Origin: Dicyema japonicum
Taxonomy: Eukaryota > Animalia > Dicyemida
DNA length: 64,000 nt
NCBI GenBank assembly: GCA_011109175.1
Contig: RDEW01000071.1
Span: forward strand, 9,632 to 73,631
Direction: 5' to 3'
The notes under the pieces were generated by a model, which was not told the DNA's origin, did not search any database, and saw only the letters and a list, made by a program, of their open reading frames with translations. The first letter of the stretch is position 1. The number at the start of each line of letters is the position of its first letter. Of this stretch, positions 1 to 13,129 are shown one piece after another. The translations under genes were made by a program, and so were the position numbers.

Positions 1-689
1 TTTCTTTCTGATAATTTGATTTCTGAAAAACTAAAATTTAAATCATTTAAAAGTCATGATTATTCTACAAATCCACCTGTTTATTGAAATAACAAATCTC
101 CTGGTCGAAGAAAATTCGTGATCTTTATTTTTCCAAGTACTACATTGAGAGATAGATTTTTTAGAAAACGTTAAATAAAATAAATTTTAAAAGATTCTCT
201 CATTAATCCCTTGTTCATAACTTATGATATTGATCTTTTTCGAGTTTCTATTTTATTCAATTTTACGAGAAAGAAGCATAGGTCTTGATCCATAACAAAG
301 TAAACATTATAGTTAGTCCAATAGATGTACGTCACATTTCTTACCTTAATTTGATTAATACTAGTTTAATAACCAGGTATATAACAAATACTTTAGCATA
401 TCTCGGTCATTATAGTGTAAAATGAAAATGATTTTATGTCAATAGGTGAAAATGTCGTAAAGGAGTCTTTCTAAACTACCATGCATATTTTAATATTCTA
501 GGAGTTCTGATAAAATTGAATAATCTTGACAACATCTTTACTGTCAACTTTATACTTAGTTATATATACACGTGGTGGTGTTGTTGTGCGTAATTGTATA
601 GCGAATAGTTCATTACCCACGGAACTGAACTGAAGAATTACTCATTACTACGGAACCTTATCATGAAGCGACGTTCACATCATGGAGCA

Positions 690-2490
690 ACACATGTTAT
701 ACACAAAAGACTGGACACAGTATGCTCATCATGTGGTTATACCAATGCACGCAAATATTGACTTTTCCGCTTGTCTTGCGGAGATTTTTTCCTCTTCGGA
801 TGTAAAAAATGTTTCAGCGGCTGCATGCTCGCTCTGCCTGTGGAACCGTAGTGTCTGCATGGACACTGTTCAGAAAACGCAGACGATCGTTCCAAACAAG
901 CCCGTCGAACCGAATGAACCTTAGGACCTCAATGATATGAACTCCCTTGTCGGATCTAATGAAATCCAAGAAGATTCCAATCAGGATCCTAATACATGCC
1001 TGGCTTCTGCAATTGACGATGCTCTCACGTCCAAAGACCAAGAGGCCTGGCTAAAATTCCTCAGTTTCATTTCACTGGCACTTGGAATTCCATTTATCGT
1101 CTCAAAATAAGATCAACGGAACATAGAAGAAAGTACGACACTTGGGAACTCTTTTTCCTCGAAAATGAAGAAGATCCACCAAGACGGAAGTCCTGAAACC
1201 AAAGCACTCTAATGCCAATCCTCCGTTTTCTTTGAATGGTCCGGACAAACAAAGAGAGAGAGTAAATCGTAAACTATTTGAAGGCGACGTCCGATTGGCG
1301 TTGTTGTCTGCGACGATACGTTATTGGCCGTAACCTTGAAGACCTTGAACTACTCAGACGAAAACATCCATGTCCCCCGGCAGATTACCGCTCATTCGTA
1401 CTTCCGGGAAATGTGCCAAGTGCGAAACGCCGAGTAGCAGTGGAGTACTCGATGGCTTACGGCCAGATCACATCACGGATATTGCTACGGAGGCTACTGC
1501 AGAAGCTGGCTGCAACCTTGTCAAATCAATTACAAAACTAGTTATGCGTATATTGAACGGAGACATTCTTCCTCACGCATGGGAGATTTTTTTCAGTGCA
1601 TATCTACTGGCCATTCTAAAAACCCGAAGGTGGGTCCGCCCTATCGCGGTCAGCAACTATTTCAGAAGAGTGACACAGAAAATCGCATGCAGCATTGTCT
1701 GTCTTATAATATCTAAATAATTTTCCCCCTCCAACTATGAGATCGGTGTAAGGAATGGATGCTAGTTGGCAGTGCATGCTGCGAGGTGTTTTTTTTAAAG
1801 AAAGACAAACAAAACCCACACATTGGGGTCAAGCTGGACATTTGCAATGCCTTCAATACACTGCGAGAGATCAAATTTTCGAAACTACAAGCAAACGAGT
1901 CCCAGAACTTATTCCATTCGTCTACCTCGCTTACGGACAGTATTCGAATTGGAATCGCACAGCACCAAGGAGTTGATGTATGAGTCGAAAATCAATGCTG
2001 TTGTGGGGGAATCGTCAATGCCAAAGGGTTGCATCGGCTTTCGTGCAAAAGGAGTACGGGCAGAGCACCCCACCATGCTGCTATGAATAACATTGTCATG
2101 CTTGCTCTTGAAGTTGCAGGCTTCCCGGCAGTGCGGAGCCCGTTGGATTGGACCCCGGAGATGGCAAAAGATGGGATTGACTAACAATCTTTCCATTCAC
2201 TAAGGGAAACTCGCTCGTATAGAATACAATATTGTGAATTTTTTCTCGAACTTGAAGGTACTCAGCGGCGCATTCTACTGGATGGGAGCCGATCTTGGAG
2301 GGAAAATCAAGATGGCGAAATTAGAGACCGCTTTCGTTTTTAAGGAAATCGGGGTGGGAAATTGGCCCACTGTAGGAAAGACGTGCTGGAAGCGATCTGG
2401 CTAACGCAACGAATTGGGATTGAGTTGTCTGCAGAAACGCTAACTCCGTAGTGTCAGCAGCCGCTCTTCCTCGTTAAATATTATTAATAA
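690..2490 (+). mobile_element. Degenerate CRE-clade non-LTR retrotransposon (N-terminal region, start of RT, RLE endonuclease; internally deleted and frameshifted)
   Basis: Translated fragments CLASAIDDALTSKDQEAWLKFLSF, RPIAVSNYFRR and VKLDICNAF jump to IRIGIAQH..GLHRLSCK..HHAAMNNIV..VGLDPGDGK and WLTQRIG..NANSV; stop at ~2475. Confidence 0.85.
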
Positions 2491-2599
2491 CACATTCACG
2501 AAAGCCATAATATTTATAGTCCCTTATGTGCAGCAAAAAATCCAAGAGAAAGAGTTAGCTTACTGAAGGCTTTTATGTTCTTAGCCAGATCCCTCAGTG

Positions 2600-3260
2600 T
2601 GTCAAGGTCATTAGTAGATGCTAGTGTTATTTTTTGCCTTTCAGATCGCCTTGTAAAACGACCAGGAGGGTTGTTCTGGTCTTCCATGAAAGCGATTTAC
2701 ATGGGAGTAGTAATCATCCATGACAATATTTGCAATATTCGGATTTGATTTTTGCGGAGATGGATTCTGGTAAAGTACTGTCTGTTTATGATTGAGGGAG
2801 AATGCCATTGACGCATGTTGTATCTGAATCAGATATTGTTGCTCAGGACCTTTCCGGTGCTTTTTAAGCTGACATAAAGCTTTTTTATCTTAATCGTTTT
2901 CAAACATCCATTGATTTTTTTTGGCTCAAATAAACTCCTATTGAATCAAGTAATTGGACCTAAACCGTGCACTACTTACATTTGTTGTTTATCCATTTTT
3001 ATTTAATCATTTAGATGGTTTGATCCATTTTTTATTTAATCACATTTGTTTGTATTTCTGAGTTCTTCAGGAATCCAATTCTTGAATCAGACATTCTTGC
3101 ATTTTGACCTGTAATCCGTGTACAGCGTGTAAGATAAGAAAGCTAGATCTGTTTGCAGAGGAAAACCGGTCGAGTTAGTTCAAGTAATATGCGAATACAA
3201 GTGCCATCCTACTGATTTTTGGATTCCTAAAGAGACATGCTTCAAAAAAAGAAATTACAA
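2600..3260 (-). mobile_element. Degenerate RTE-like LINE 3' fragment
   Basis: Minus strand GRPEQPSWSFYKAI/GRP-T-L-DL-like segment resembling the other RTE 3' ends in the window; heavily decayed. Confidence 0.45.
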
Positions 3261-3289
3261 GATAAACTGTATTATTTATTTTTGTTTTA

Positions 3290-3995
3290 ATTTTTTTAAC
3301 AATTAAACAAATGTCAGTTGAGGAAGCCTGCTGCGTGGATTGCGAACGAGTTCCCTCGGAGTATGGCTATTCCATCTTTTGTCTTAGCCATAACCCTTCT
3401 CGTTGATCCCTTTTCTTTCTGGCAAGCAATCCTCCGAGTTCTTCCAAGAATTCAGCCGTCATTGGACCAACGGCTCCCGATGATTCGGTCGCAACAGGAG
3501 TAAATCGGTAGCGATCCCCGAGGCAAGAATATTTCTTGATTTTTAGGTTTTCCGCGGTCGAAGCAGTTGCTCCAGGTTTCTGAACAGATTTAAAAATGTT
3601 CGTGCTTGAGAACGTGTCTATGCAAGTTGCGTCCCAGACCAAAGATCTTCCAGACGTGAAGGGGAAAAGGGTCATCCCGTCAGGTCTCTTCCCATCTCCT
3701 CGATCAAGACCCACTGGTTCAAGCTGTGCTGGGAAGCCTGAAGCCTTCAGAGCTCTGACGATCACATCATTCAGAGCGGCATGACGTGGTCCCCTTCCGG
3801 CGCTTCTTCTGCAGGACAGCGGGTGCAATCCTTTCGCATCGACTGTTTTCCCGCATCGGCATCGGTGCTACTGGCAAACGTCTAGTCCCAGCCTTTGTCC
3901 GATTCCAATCCTCAAAGAATCGTCGTCCAAAAAGGTCCCGAGGTTTGGGCAAGGTATTGCACCAAGCCATGCTCCACTCCCTCGACATGAAGCTA
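3290..3995 (-). mobile_element. 5'-truncated CRE-clade retrotransposon, RLE domain with A-rich tail
   Basis: ORF 3367-3828 and upstream frame give CRCG..HPLSC..RH..LEP..RPDG..WD..AE..KY..RE..WL; TGA at 3314-3316 followed on the minus strand by an A-tract. Confidence 0.9.
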
Positions 3996-4149
3996 TTTAT
4001 TTTTTAGTGCTGTAAATATCTTAGTCAATAATATTTAACCAATAAAAAGCAATTTGTAAATATAAAAGTAGTTTTCACAAAAAAGCAAATACTCTTCCTT
4101 TGTAAATCGTTCCTTAATCGCCTGCAAAAACTTTTAAGTAGTTGGAAGA

Positions 4150-4850
4150 GTTATTAAATTAAAATTAATTCAAGAGACCACTGTTAAACCGAAAAATACT
4201 AAACTAACTGATCCTGATGAATTGGATCAAGGCTCTCATCTTTTCTCGGTTTTTATCCCTTGAGCCTACACATGTTCGTTGCGGGCGAGCACTTCTTTTT
4301 TGGCATTCGTGTCTATTTTTGTTTTTTCGATTAGTGTCCCCATGGGCGACGTCGTGATTTGATGTTTTTCCACTGAATACCATCTCTCAGTTAGTTTAAA
4401 TGCCCTTTTTTTGGTTTCGGAGATTTTCTGGATGTTGTATAAGAGGCCAGTGGTCTCCATGAAGTACACGCATATGAAATGCATGGTACGATGTACTGTG
4501 AGTAGAACGTTTTAAGTATAGGGTGATGTCCAATTTTCCATAGACCTGTTAGGAATTTCAGAAGGTTTATTTTCTTCTCACAGTTGTTCAGCACGTTAGT
4601 GACGTGTCTCGAAAAGTTCCTGTGCGAAAGTCAAGCCAATGTTTTTTGCCATTTGCTGACGGCATTGCCTCTTCCCACTGCAGTAACTTCTATTGTACTG
4701 TTTGACAATCTTTTGTCCTAAGTATAGAGAGTTGCAACAGATTTTTAGGTATTGATTGACATCCGATTTTCATTAAACCGCTCGAGTATTCGATCCATTT
4801 GTATTCTTTCTGTCACTGATTGGGTGTTCTGATCAATTGGCCACACATTA
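4150..4850 (-). mobile_element. APE-RT LINE (Vingi/Ingi- or Jockey-like), 3' portion
   Basis: Fragments KINLLKFLTGLW..ILKTFYSQYIVPCISYACTSW; 3' end with GTGGTCTCT plus AT-rich tail, shared with other LINE ends here. Confidence 0.65.
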
Positions 4851-4939
4851 TTTAAAAAAATTATTTTTACAAACCTTTTTCAATAATTTTATTAAAAAAT
4901 CAAAATTTCAAAATAAAAATTTTATTTAAAACCTTGGCG

Positions 4940-6090
4940 GTCGAAGGACTCACCAGCCACCTACAAAATCCTGGATAAACTCATTCTCAATCAGATTATA
5001 CCTTACCTCACAGACGTTTCCTTTCTTCGAACATGGATTTAAAAAAGCTCGTTCCACAACTACCCACCTTACAACCTGACAAAATTCATCAACGCAAACC
5101 TCGGCATCAGAAGACCATTATGTGTTCCATTGACATAAAAAAGGCTTTTACTCAATACCGAGGAACCTGGTCTCTAGGAAGATCTATGGCTCTAAAATCC
5201 CTAACAACCTGAAAATTTGGCATTCTAACTTCCTCAACAGACTAAGAGAAAAAGCAATCTCCAATTCCACATCTTCAATTACTAAATTTCTACCGAACGG
5301 GGTCCCCCAAGGATCTTTCTCTCCCATTCTATTCAACCTGTTCATGAACGACACGCTTTCTTACAGCTGCGACAATACCCTATTCTCGATTACATCGACG
5401 ATTTAATCCTGTGACCAAGAGTCAGTGCATCTACACAGCGGATACCCGCTTACAAGAATAACTGGATAACCTGAACTGTTGGCTTACAAAAAACCAACTA
5501 CACACAAGTTCTATAAAGTCGTGCTCTATGATCTTTACTTCCAATAGAAGATTGACTAACACGGCGCCTCCATTGACCCTAAATGGAATAACAATCCCCT
5601 CCACAAATTCAACCAAAATACTGGGGGTCACATATGACTCACTATTGACCTTCAGCAAATATGTGAGCAACATAATCTCCTCTTCCCAGAGAAAATTAAT
5701 TTTGTAAAAACTCTACTTGGATACTACAAGAGATGGTTCCACCCAACAGTAGATCATCTCTACTACCAATACATACTTCCGTCAATCAGTTACTCTGACC
5801 GGCATGGGGTACCACACCAACCTAAAGAAATTAAACTCCTTCCAAGAAACAGTAGCGAAAACCCTACAAAGATCCTCGTCATTAAAGCCAACCCCGTTCG
5901 AGGAACTCGTGAGGAGAACGGGAGCTCAGCCAAAACCTATAAACTTCCTAAATGTGATTCTTTCATACAGGAAGTATATCGTTACTCAGGAGGAACACCG
6001 ATGAAAGATGAGGCAGCTGCTCAAGGGCCGGGATTACCTGACGGCCCCTACTTTCCTTTGTCGGTGATTCGTGGTTTTTAAATTAAAATT
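4940..6090 (+). mobile_element. APE-RT LINE (Vingi/Ingi- or Jockey-like), RT C-terminal half and 3' end
   Basis: KILDKLIL, HGFKKARSTT, GVPQGS.SPILFNLFM, ILGVTYDSLLTF; ends in an A-rich tail at ~6080-6098. Confidence 0.8.
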
Positions 6091-7029
6091 AAAAAAAAGT
6101 ACACAGATGTTTCTAAATCCCACAAATAGTTCAGGAACAATTTTGGGCCAATTTAAGGGACTTATTAAAATTCCATAAATTATGCTAAGTGTAATTTTAC
6201 TATAAATTCCCAACTCAGTGGTTTCCTCAAATGGCCTCTCTGTTCTTGGTTTCTCTGTTGTTGGGAAAAATCTGTATTAAATTTTAATTCACATTCCTTA
6301 GTGTCTCTCATTCCACCACGTGGGTTTACTTATAATATTTAGATAACATGGAAGTCATCCTGAAGAACTCGCAAGGTAAACGATTTAGTTACTTTAGTAC
6401 AAATACATAATGGGGGATATATGGACTCAGGTTAGGGAGATCCTTGTACTTTAAAGGGTTAGAAAAAACTATGGACTCGGCAGTGAAAGCTTTGAGTGAG
6501 AAAATGGCAGGTTTAGTCGACTAAAAACGTTTTTAAGATGAGAAAATGAAGGAAATGTCTACTGAGATGATGTATAAGACAAACCGAATGACGAGAATGT
6601 CCAATGAAAGGACTAGAATGAGGGGGTCAGCGGGAAAATACTACAAGGGATCTGAAATGACCACGTCGGTTACAGAAACCGCCAAGATTATACTGGGAAC
6701 ATGGATTAATCACGCATAGTATTAATTACTAACAAGATTCGGGTTTGTCCTAATAAAAGAGCTTTAATGAATTTAAATAAATTTTTATTAATTCGAATTA
6801 ATTTATATTTTTATTATAAAATATTAGTTACAACTTGGTCTGAATTTGTGGTCTTTAATAATTTATAAAAGTTTCCTGAAGTCCTTGAAGTCGCTCGATT
6901 CCTGATAATCTCTGGCCTACTCGAGCAAAAATCTCCTTAACATATTAAATTTTTATCACTGAATTATTATTTAAACGCTTCGCGAGAGCTATACTAATTA
7001 TAGCCCCGCATGTGGAGCAAAAGAAACAA

Positions 7030-7330
7030 GGTTAGATGTCATTTTTTCTGTTCCTAGCCAATGCTCTCATGTTGTCCAGGTCGTCGGAATTTTTTAGATT
7101 TCTTTTAATATTGACCAGGTCTTTTTGTAAAACTATTGGCAGTGTTGTTCTAGGTCTTCCATGATAGCGACCTTCTTGACTAACATAGTATGTTTCCATA
7201 GATATGTTTGGTGGGGATGTTAATTCATCCTCAGCACGTGTCTAAAGAGCTTCCATCGGGATTCCAGTACTTCTATGCTGATAGGTCTAGTGCTGCATCT
7301 CTTATATAAAGCATTTCTCTAAATTCTCGT
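7030..7330 (-). mobile_element. RTE-like LINE 3' fragment
   Basis: Minus strand ..SRWKLFRHVLRMN..GRPRTTLP..DL similar to 63665-63946. Confidence 0.55.
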
Positions 7331-7419
7331 AGGCCAAGTAGTTCCTGTTATTTATGACTGAATATTTCTAAGAAATTCAATTTAAATTTTCTTGATTTGC
7401 ATATTATGATAATTATTTT

Positions 7420-7790
7420 ATTATACATTTGTTCCAGTCCTGACATATCGCATGGGCAATCACGACATGAACAGCTTAAGCCAATTCCATCAAGAACAAC
7501 TAAGAAGAATTAAAATACACAATTCCCAAGAAAAATATCAATAGTTATAAGCCACTGGTTATTCTAAGTTCAAGATGGCGACTTTTGGTCACATCCTACG
7601 AATGGAAATACTCGTCCCACCGTACATTCTGATGGAACAAATACTCAACACATTCCGGTGGAGTATTTCTTGGAAGGCAGAGTTACTTTGCCTGCAGCAT
7701 TAATCGAAGATCTATCTGGAATAAACAAAAAGTTGCAAAGTAAAGAAAACCTTGATTCACTACGAGCGTGTCCATTCAAAATGTCCCCAA
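7420..7790 (+). mobile_element. RTE-like LINE 3' fragment
   Basis: SRWRLFGHILRM..GRVTLPAALIEDL..KLQSKENLDSLR. Confidence 0.6.
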
Positions 7791-7974
7791 TTAATTTTTT
7801 TCAAAGTTTTAGACAGTTCATCAATAAACATCACAGATATTATACAATTGATTGACATCTTTAGGTAAAAAAGTCATCTTTTTTAATATTTTTATATATC
7901 TTTAGAATGAAAGATTTATTTTAAACATGAGAAAAGGAAAATAATTATAAATGTTAACAGAATATAAGTTTTTT

Positions 7975-8462
7975 TCTGTACAGTGTCGAATCCCTTGTTT
8001 ATGTCAATGGGGACCATTTTATCACGCATGTGTGGTGGGTAGCATTAACTACATCGACAATAAATTGAGATAGCGTAGTCAATACGTAGTAGTGGATCAT
8101 CCAGGACGAAAACCATATTGTAGTGCAGGTTGAGAAAGATCCGTAGTAACTGACTATTGTACAAGTTTTTCAAGAAGTTTTGAAAACGTGCTGGTAAGGT
8201 AGTTGGGCCTGTATACAGTAGGTTATCTCTTCGATGTTACAGTCTTCAATATTAGTTGGAAAAGAGAGTTACAAATCTTGGAGATAATATTGTTATATAT
8301 TTGCGTGAGGTAGCCAATTGCATAGTGGCTTAGGTGTTGTAGATGAATTGAAGATACTTTGTCAAGGCCGATGGCTCGTGAGCGCTCTAATCTGGGGATA
8401 ACCTCAGACTTGCTTATTTGAGAATTGTTTGTTGTAAGTTTCCTTATTCGGTTTATGGGCAC
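7975..8462 (-). mobile_element. LINE RT fragment
   Basis: AIGLDKVSSIHLQHL, QYGFRPG and DINKGFDTV motifs on the minus strand. Confidence 0.6.
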
Positions 8463-8556
8463 GCATTGATAATTTAAAAAATTGTTATTAATTTTTTTAA
8501 ATAAAATATTAAATTTAATTTAAAAAATAAATCGCTTAGTGTTCCGATTTATCACA

Positions 8557-9537
8557 ATGAATTTAGAACAGAAAAGGAAAATTTTGATAGAAAAAGCAAT
8601 AATATACGAGAAAATTGACAGTTACAAAGAAATGGGAGAGGCAATGAAAGAAGCGATTTTGATGGACAAAGCTCTCCCGAGCATAACCGAGAGGAATCTA
8701 CTCTCCGTGGCCTATAAGAATATCGCCGGCGGAATTCGCTCAGCCTGGAGAGTCCAGACAACCTTAGAACATGGAAAAATGGATGACGTGAAAACTGATC
8801 AGGATATCCTTGAGCTCTCATTAATCCGAGAACTCAAATCCAAGGTGGAAAATGACCTTATCATCTTCTGCAAGGAAGTCATTGTAATGTTTTATTTACT
8901 ACAATTTTTAAATTATTTTTTTATTTTTTCAAATATTTTAACGTAACGTAAATAAAATTATTTTTAAAAATAATATTATTATTTAATTTATTATTTTATC
9001 TGTTTTTTAATTGATTTTTCTGATTTCTGGAAAATATAATTTATTGTTAATTTATTATTTATTTTAAATTAAATTTAAATATTTTAGGATTTAATAAATG
9101 AAATATTTTCTCGTGAATCAATGTCTAATGGGGATAAAACATTCTATTACAAAATGAAGGGCGATTACTATCGCTATATGGCTGAAATAAATCCCCCAAA
9201 CCTAGAGGGTTCATCTTTTAAGCATTTTAGAGATCATCTCAAACTCCCGACTTGCCTATGAGACGGCATTGAAGCTTTCAGTTGACTTTGAGGCCGATAA
9301 CCCCCTCAAATTGGGTCTTTTGTTGAACTATTCCGTTTTCAAGTACGAAATTGAAGGCCTTTCTGCTGAAGCCTGTGAAATCGCCAAAAAGGCTTTTGAC
9401 GATGCCTCCAAGATGAATTCGACGATCCCTGTGGAGGATGACCGTACAATCCTACTACAACTCCTCGATGATAACATCACTGTATATTTGGCTCTTTATA
9501 GTAGATTTGGACGGACAGTATTAATGCTAATATTTGA
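8557..9537 (+). CDS. 14-3-3: 14-3-3 family protein (divergent). Exons 8557-8883, 9088-9208, 9231-9481, 9505-9537; introns 204, 22 and 23 nt
   Basis: ERNLLSVAYKNIAGGIRSAWRV, FYYKMKGDYYRYMAE, NPLKLGLLLNYSVFKYEI and QLLDDNIT|IWT. All introns are GT-AG and splicing gives a continuous frame ending in TGA. Equivalents of the phosphopeptide-binding residues K49/R56/R127/Y128 are retained. Confidence 0.95.
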
Positions 9538-10429
9538 CTTTTTGGTGGATTTATTTGACTTTTTGTAAGCCTGTTTACCCGGGCTCTCACAATTTGCTTC
9601 TTTCTTTCCAAAATTTTTGAATTGACCGGTTGGATTAAATATAATTAGGCCCTTCCACCGACGACTAGTAATGTCATCTCAGCTTAGGCTGAACTCACAC
9701 TTTATGCTAATAAATCCAAGACATCGAAGGTGTTCCTAACTTCTCGTTTTTTGACTTGTGTCTTAGTCCCTGAGACAATCAGGTTCTGCTGTGATGAATC
9801 TCTGATACGACGTCACTCGACAATTTCAGAAGCATTGTAGGTACCTTCGACCGAAATGAACAGCAGTGAGATACAAACCCGGAACCATCTGGATTTGATC
9901 CAGCTATACACTGCCACCATTCGACTTGTAGGTCTATCGCTCCTGTTACCGAGTTTCTAAATATTTGGGGAATGGTATCTTATCGAACTCCCAGAATGTT
10001 TTGGGTAATATCTACTGGGATGCTCTTGTTATTGGAGGATTTTCTGTTTGATGTTTTATTTTCTTTACGTGTTGTAAAAAAAGTTGTAGCTGAGGGAACC
10101 ATAGGTTCACAGTATCCGTTTGTCGTGATAATTATTATTTATTTTTACTCCCGGATTCTTCAAATGAAGAAAACTGGTGGCTAACTACCAAAACTTTTCT
10201 ATTTCAAACTTCGTGTGTTCAATGTTTCATGAGTCTGTTATCTACTCCGTACTCGCAAAAGGGAAGACAAGCTCTTTCAAGACGGGTTAACTAAGTGATA
10301 ATTGGTTAGAATTGACTGAGACAAAGTCCCCCATTGAGTGATTATGAGAAAAGTCCCCTTTTCACTTAGCGATGAAAGCATATTCTTGCTATATTAGAGC
10401 ACTGCACAATATCTATTGTTGCTTCCAGT

Positions 10430-10738
10430 CAAGATACTAAGTTAGAGGCGTTTAGTTATTATTTTTCAGACGATAGCTTCGCACTACTGACTTTTCAGTT
10501 AAGTGCATGAACCAAATGTCTGACTCTGCAGTTCCTCACGTAATTTGCAGAATTACTGTTGCAACGACACCAATTCAGTATGGTAAAACTAACCTATTTC
10601 ACAATGGTCTGAACTCAGCTCACGTTCCGTGTTAGTAAGTGAACAATCCTACACTTTGCGATTTATGCTTTGCAATGATAGGAAGAGCCAACATCGAAGG
10701 ATCAAAAAGCGCCGTCGCTATGTACGCTTGGGCGCCAC
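10430..10738 (-). rRNA. 28S rRNA: Isolated, diverged 28S (LSU) rRNA 3'-region fragment (pseudogene-like)
   Basis: Plus strand reads as the reverse complement of conserved LSU sequence: TTAGAGGCG..CCAAATGTCTG..CAGTATGGTAAAACTAACC..GATAGGAAGAGCCAACATCGAAGGATCAAAAAGCG..GTCGCTATG.ACGCTTGG. No 18S, 5.8S or ITS context nearby. Confidence 0.9.
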
Positions 10739-11496
10739 GGTTCCACCTATCTACGATGCTGAAAGGGCTTGACGAGTGACGCCGTCATCAGTGGATACTC
10801 ACTGCGGAACTGGATTGTTTAGAAAGTATCCACACACAAGAAAAAGACAAAAGAAGTGAAGATCATTCCTTGGTTCTACGATTAGTTAAAATTAACTTTC
10901 TTTACTTAAATAAAGTGTGTGTCCTGCCTATAAAATGTGTACGGAGCTATAAATATTATGGCTCTCGTAAAAAGGCTGTTAATATTATTATTGACTGAGG
11001 ACTAATGGGTTAAAAGAGAATGTGACATCTAACTTTTTTCTAGAGACTTAGTGTATTATTGGTGGAATAGCTAATTAATAATTCACCTGTTCCTCCAAAA
11101 GACAGGTTTGTTCAAATTCCTCCAATAACTCCCATAGAATACAGAATATTGTCATTTCAAACTTTGACATATCTGATGAATGAGAGATTACATTCACTTA
11201 TAAAAGATGAAGGTAGTTCATTCATTAGAGAAGCGTAACTAACACAATTAACCACGTGGTCAACTGGATAGTTCCCCAAATTATTTATTTACTCGAATAA
11301 CCGAGATAATAGTCATTTAATATTTCTTATTCAGGAGCACGAAGAGACCCAATATTAAGTCCACCCAGACACATAGGAAAAAAGAAAAAAAACATCCAAT
11401 ACTTATGTTGCGGGATCACTCCAGTAAAGTGGGAGCTACTTCTTTCTAACGTCACTATGACGATGAGCAGTACATTCCAAAATCTACATATTATTC

Positions 11497-11712
11497 ACCC
11501 AGGATACACGAGAAAGAAGTTAACAGTAAACAACTTATTAAGTATATCCAGTTTCCACTGTTACAGAGTCCTTCAATGTCACACAAGTCCATACAGAACC
11601 GGCATAAAAGGGAAATGATGTCCATTCCTTGCAGTTGTGGAAACCCCTACAGTGGAGTGGGGAAGAGAAAATGATCCTTTTTGTGGCGCCACCTGAGACA
11701 GGTAGATCACAA
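11497..11712 (-). repeat. SINE-like structured repeat family A, copy 1 (5'-truncated, short variant)
   Basis: Shares GGATACAC..ATCCAGTTTCCAC..GTTGTGGAAACCCC..AAATGATCCTTTTT..CCACCTGAGACAGGT with 20935, 47421, 57241 and 60975. Confidence 0.8.
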
Positions 11713-11849
11713 TAATCTGATGAAGAATATTAATTAAATAAATTAATTGCTAATTAATATTTTATTTATATTAAATTTTTGGTTGAGGTACTGACGACGC
11801 TTCTATTTCACTGTCTTATTTGTATGTAACAAAACATTCAAATACAACT

Positions 11850-13085
11850 CACCCCTTGATGTGGGTAGTGGTACTAATTGCAATACGAAAACCGGGCAAA
11901 GCTAAGGGCCCTTAACGAATTTAAGACCCATCGTACTATTGACGACACTACGCAAGATACTGTCACTTATACTGTTGAATAGGATTGGACCTGACATTGA
12001 GAACTTTTTCTCTCACGGTCAAAGCGGATTCAGGTCAGGGAGATCTACAGCTATGTGGTCTGGGGACATCGATGGCTTTGTGCAACACATCAAAAGACAA
12101 GGGAGCTACTGGCATCCTTGGCATGGACATGTCCAAAGCTTTTGACTCTATACACAGAGGGAGACTTTTGAATATCTTGGAGAAGCTATTTGACGAGGAC
12201 AGTGTCAGATTGATCCGTCTATTACTTGGAACAACACAGTTAAATGTACGTTTTGAAAATTTGGAGTCTGTCCCATTCGAGACAACGTTCAAGGTACCGC
12301 AGGGAGATTCCTTGTCACCGGTACTTTTTGTGACATATCTGGAGGCGGCACTTAGAGAATTCAGACTATTAATTGGCGGCTTACATCAAACTGAAGTGAT
12401 TTATGGAGATGATATTGGCTATGTATCCGCGACGAGAAAACACTAAACTATAAACGGACAAGGATGCCAGATGTGCTATAGAAATGGTTCGTCAAAATCA
12501 AAACGGAAAAAACGGAGACAACAACCATACGCCGTAAATCAACTCGAAAATTGGAGATACTGTAAAAAATTCGGGTCGTTGCTCCGAGACGCTGAGGATA
12601 TCACTAACAGGTAAATATTGGGCGTCGCCTTTAGAAAAATGGGAGTAGTCTGGAACCATCGTAAACAAATTAGCACACAATTACGTGTAAGCTTCCATCG
12701 TAACCAACTCCGACAGTTGCTTGGCATCAACTGACAAAAAAATTACAAACTTGAATCTATACAAAATATGTAATGCAAGACCATTGAGTCTGGATATCCT
12801 TGAATCAAGATGGCGTCTATTTGGTCACATTTTCGGATGAGTCAGATGACCCCTGCTAAATTAGCAATGGAAAACTATTTCTGCCCAGAAGTGAATACCT
12901 CGTTCTGTGGAAGACCTCGCATAACTTTGGACGTGACCAATGTAAGACGAAAGCTGAAAACAGGAGATGATTTGGATACGCTAAGAATAATTGCCAGTAA
13001 CCGTGGAGCGTGGAGGAAGTTAGTTAAGAGAATTGTGGGAGAAAAAATAACCTGAAGAAAAATCCGGAAGCAGAACCTTAATTAA
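11850..13085 (+). mobile_element. RTE-clade LINE, RT domain and 3' end, frameshifted
   Basis: NLRPIVLLTTLRKIL, QSGFRSGRST, DMSKAFDSIHR, VPQGDSLSPVLF, YGDDIG, GRPRITL..LKTGDDLD. Confidence 0.9.
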
Positions 13086-13129
13086 ATTACTTTTTTGGTT
13101 CTTCGAAAGTGTTATTAATAATAATTACC

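Noticed and set aside
10770-10832. Hammerhead ribozyme (minus-strand hairpin followed by CTGATGA at 10785-10791)
   Set aside because: No GAAA after the putative stem II and no NUH cleavage triplet before stem I.
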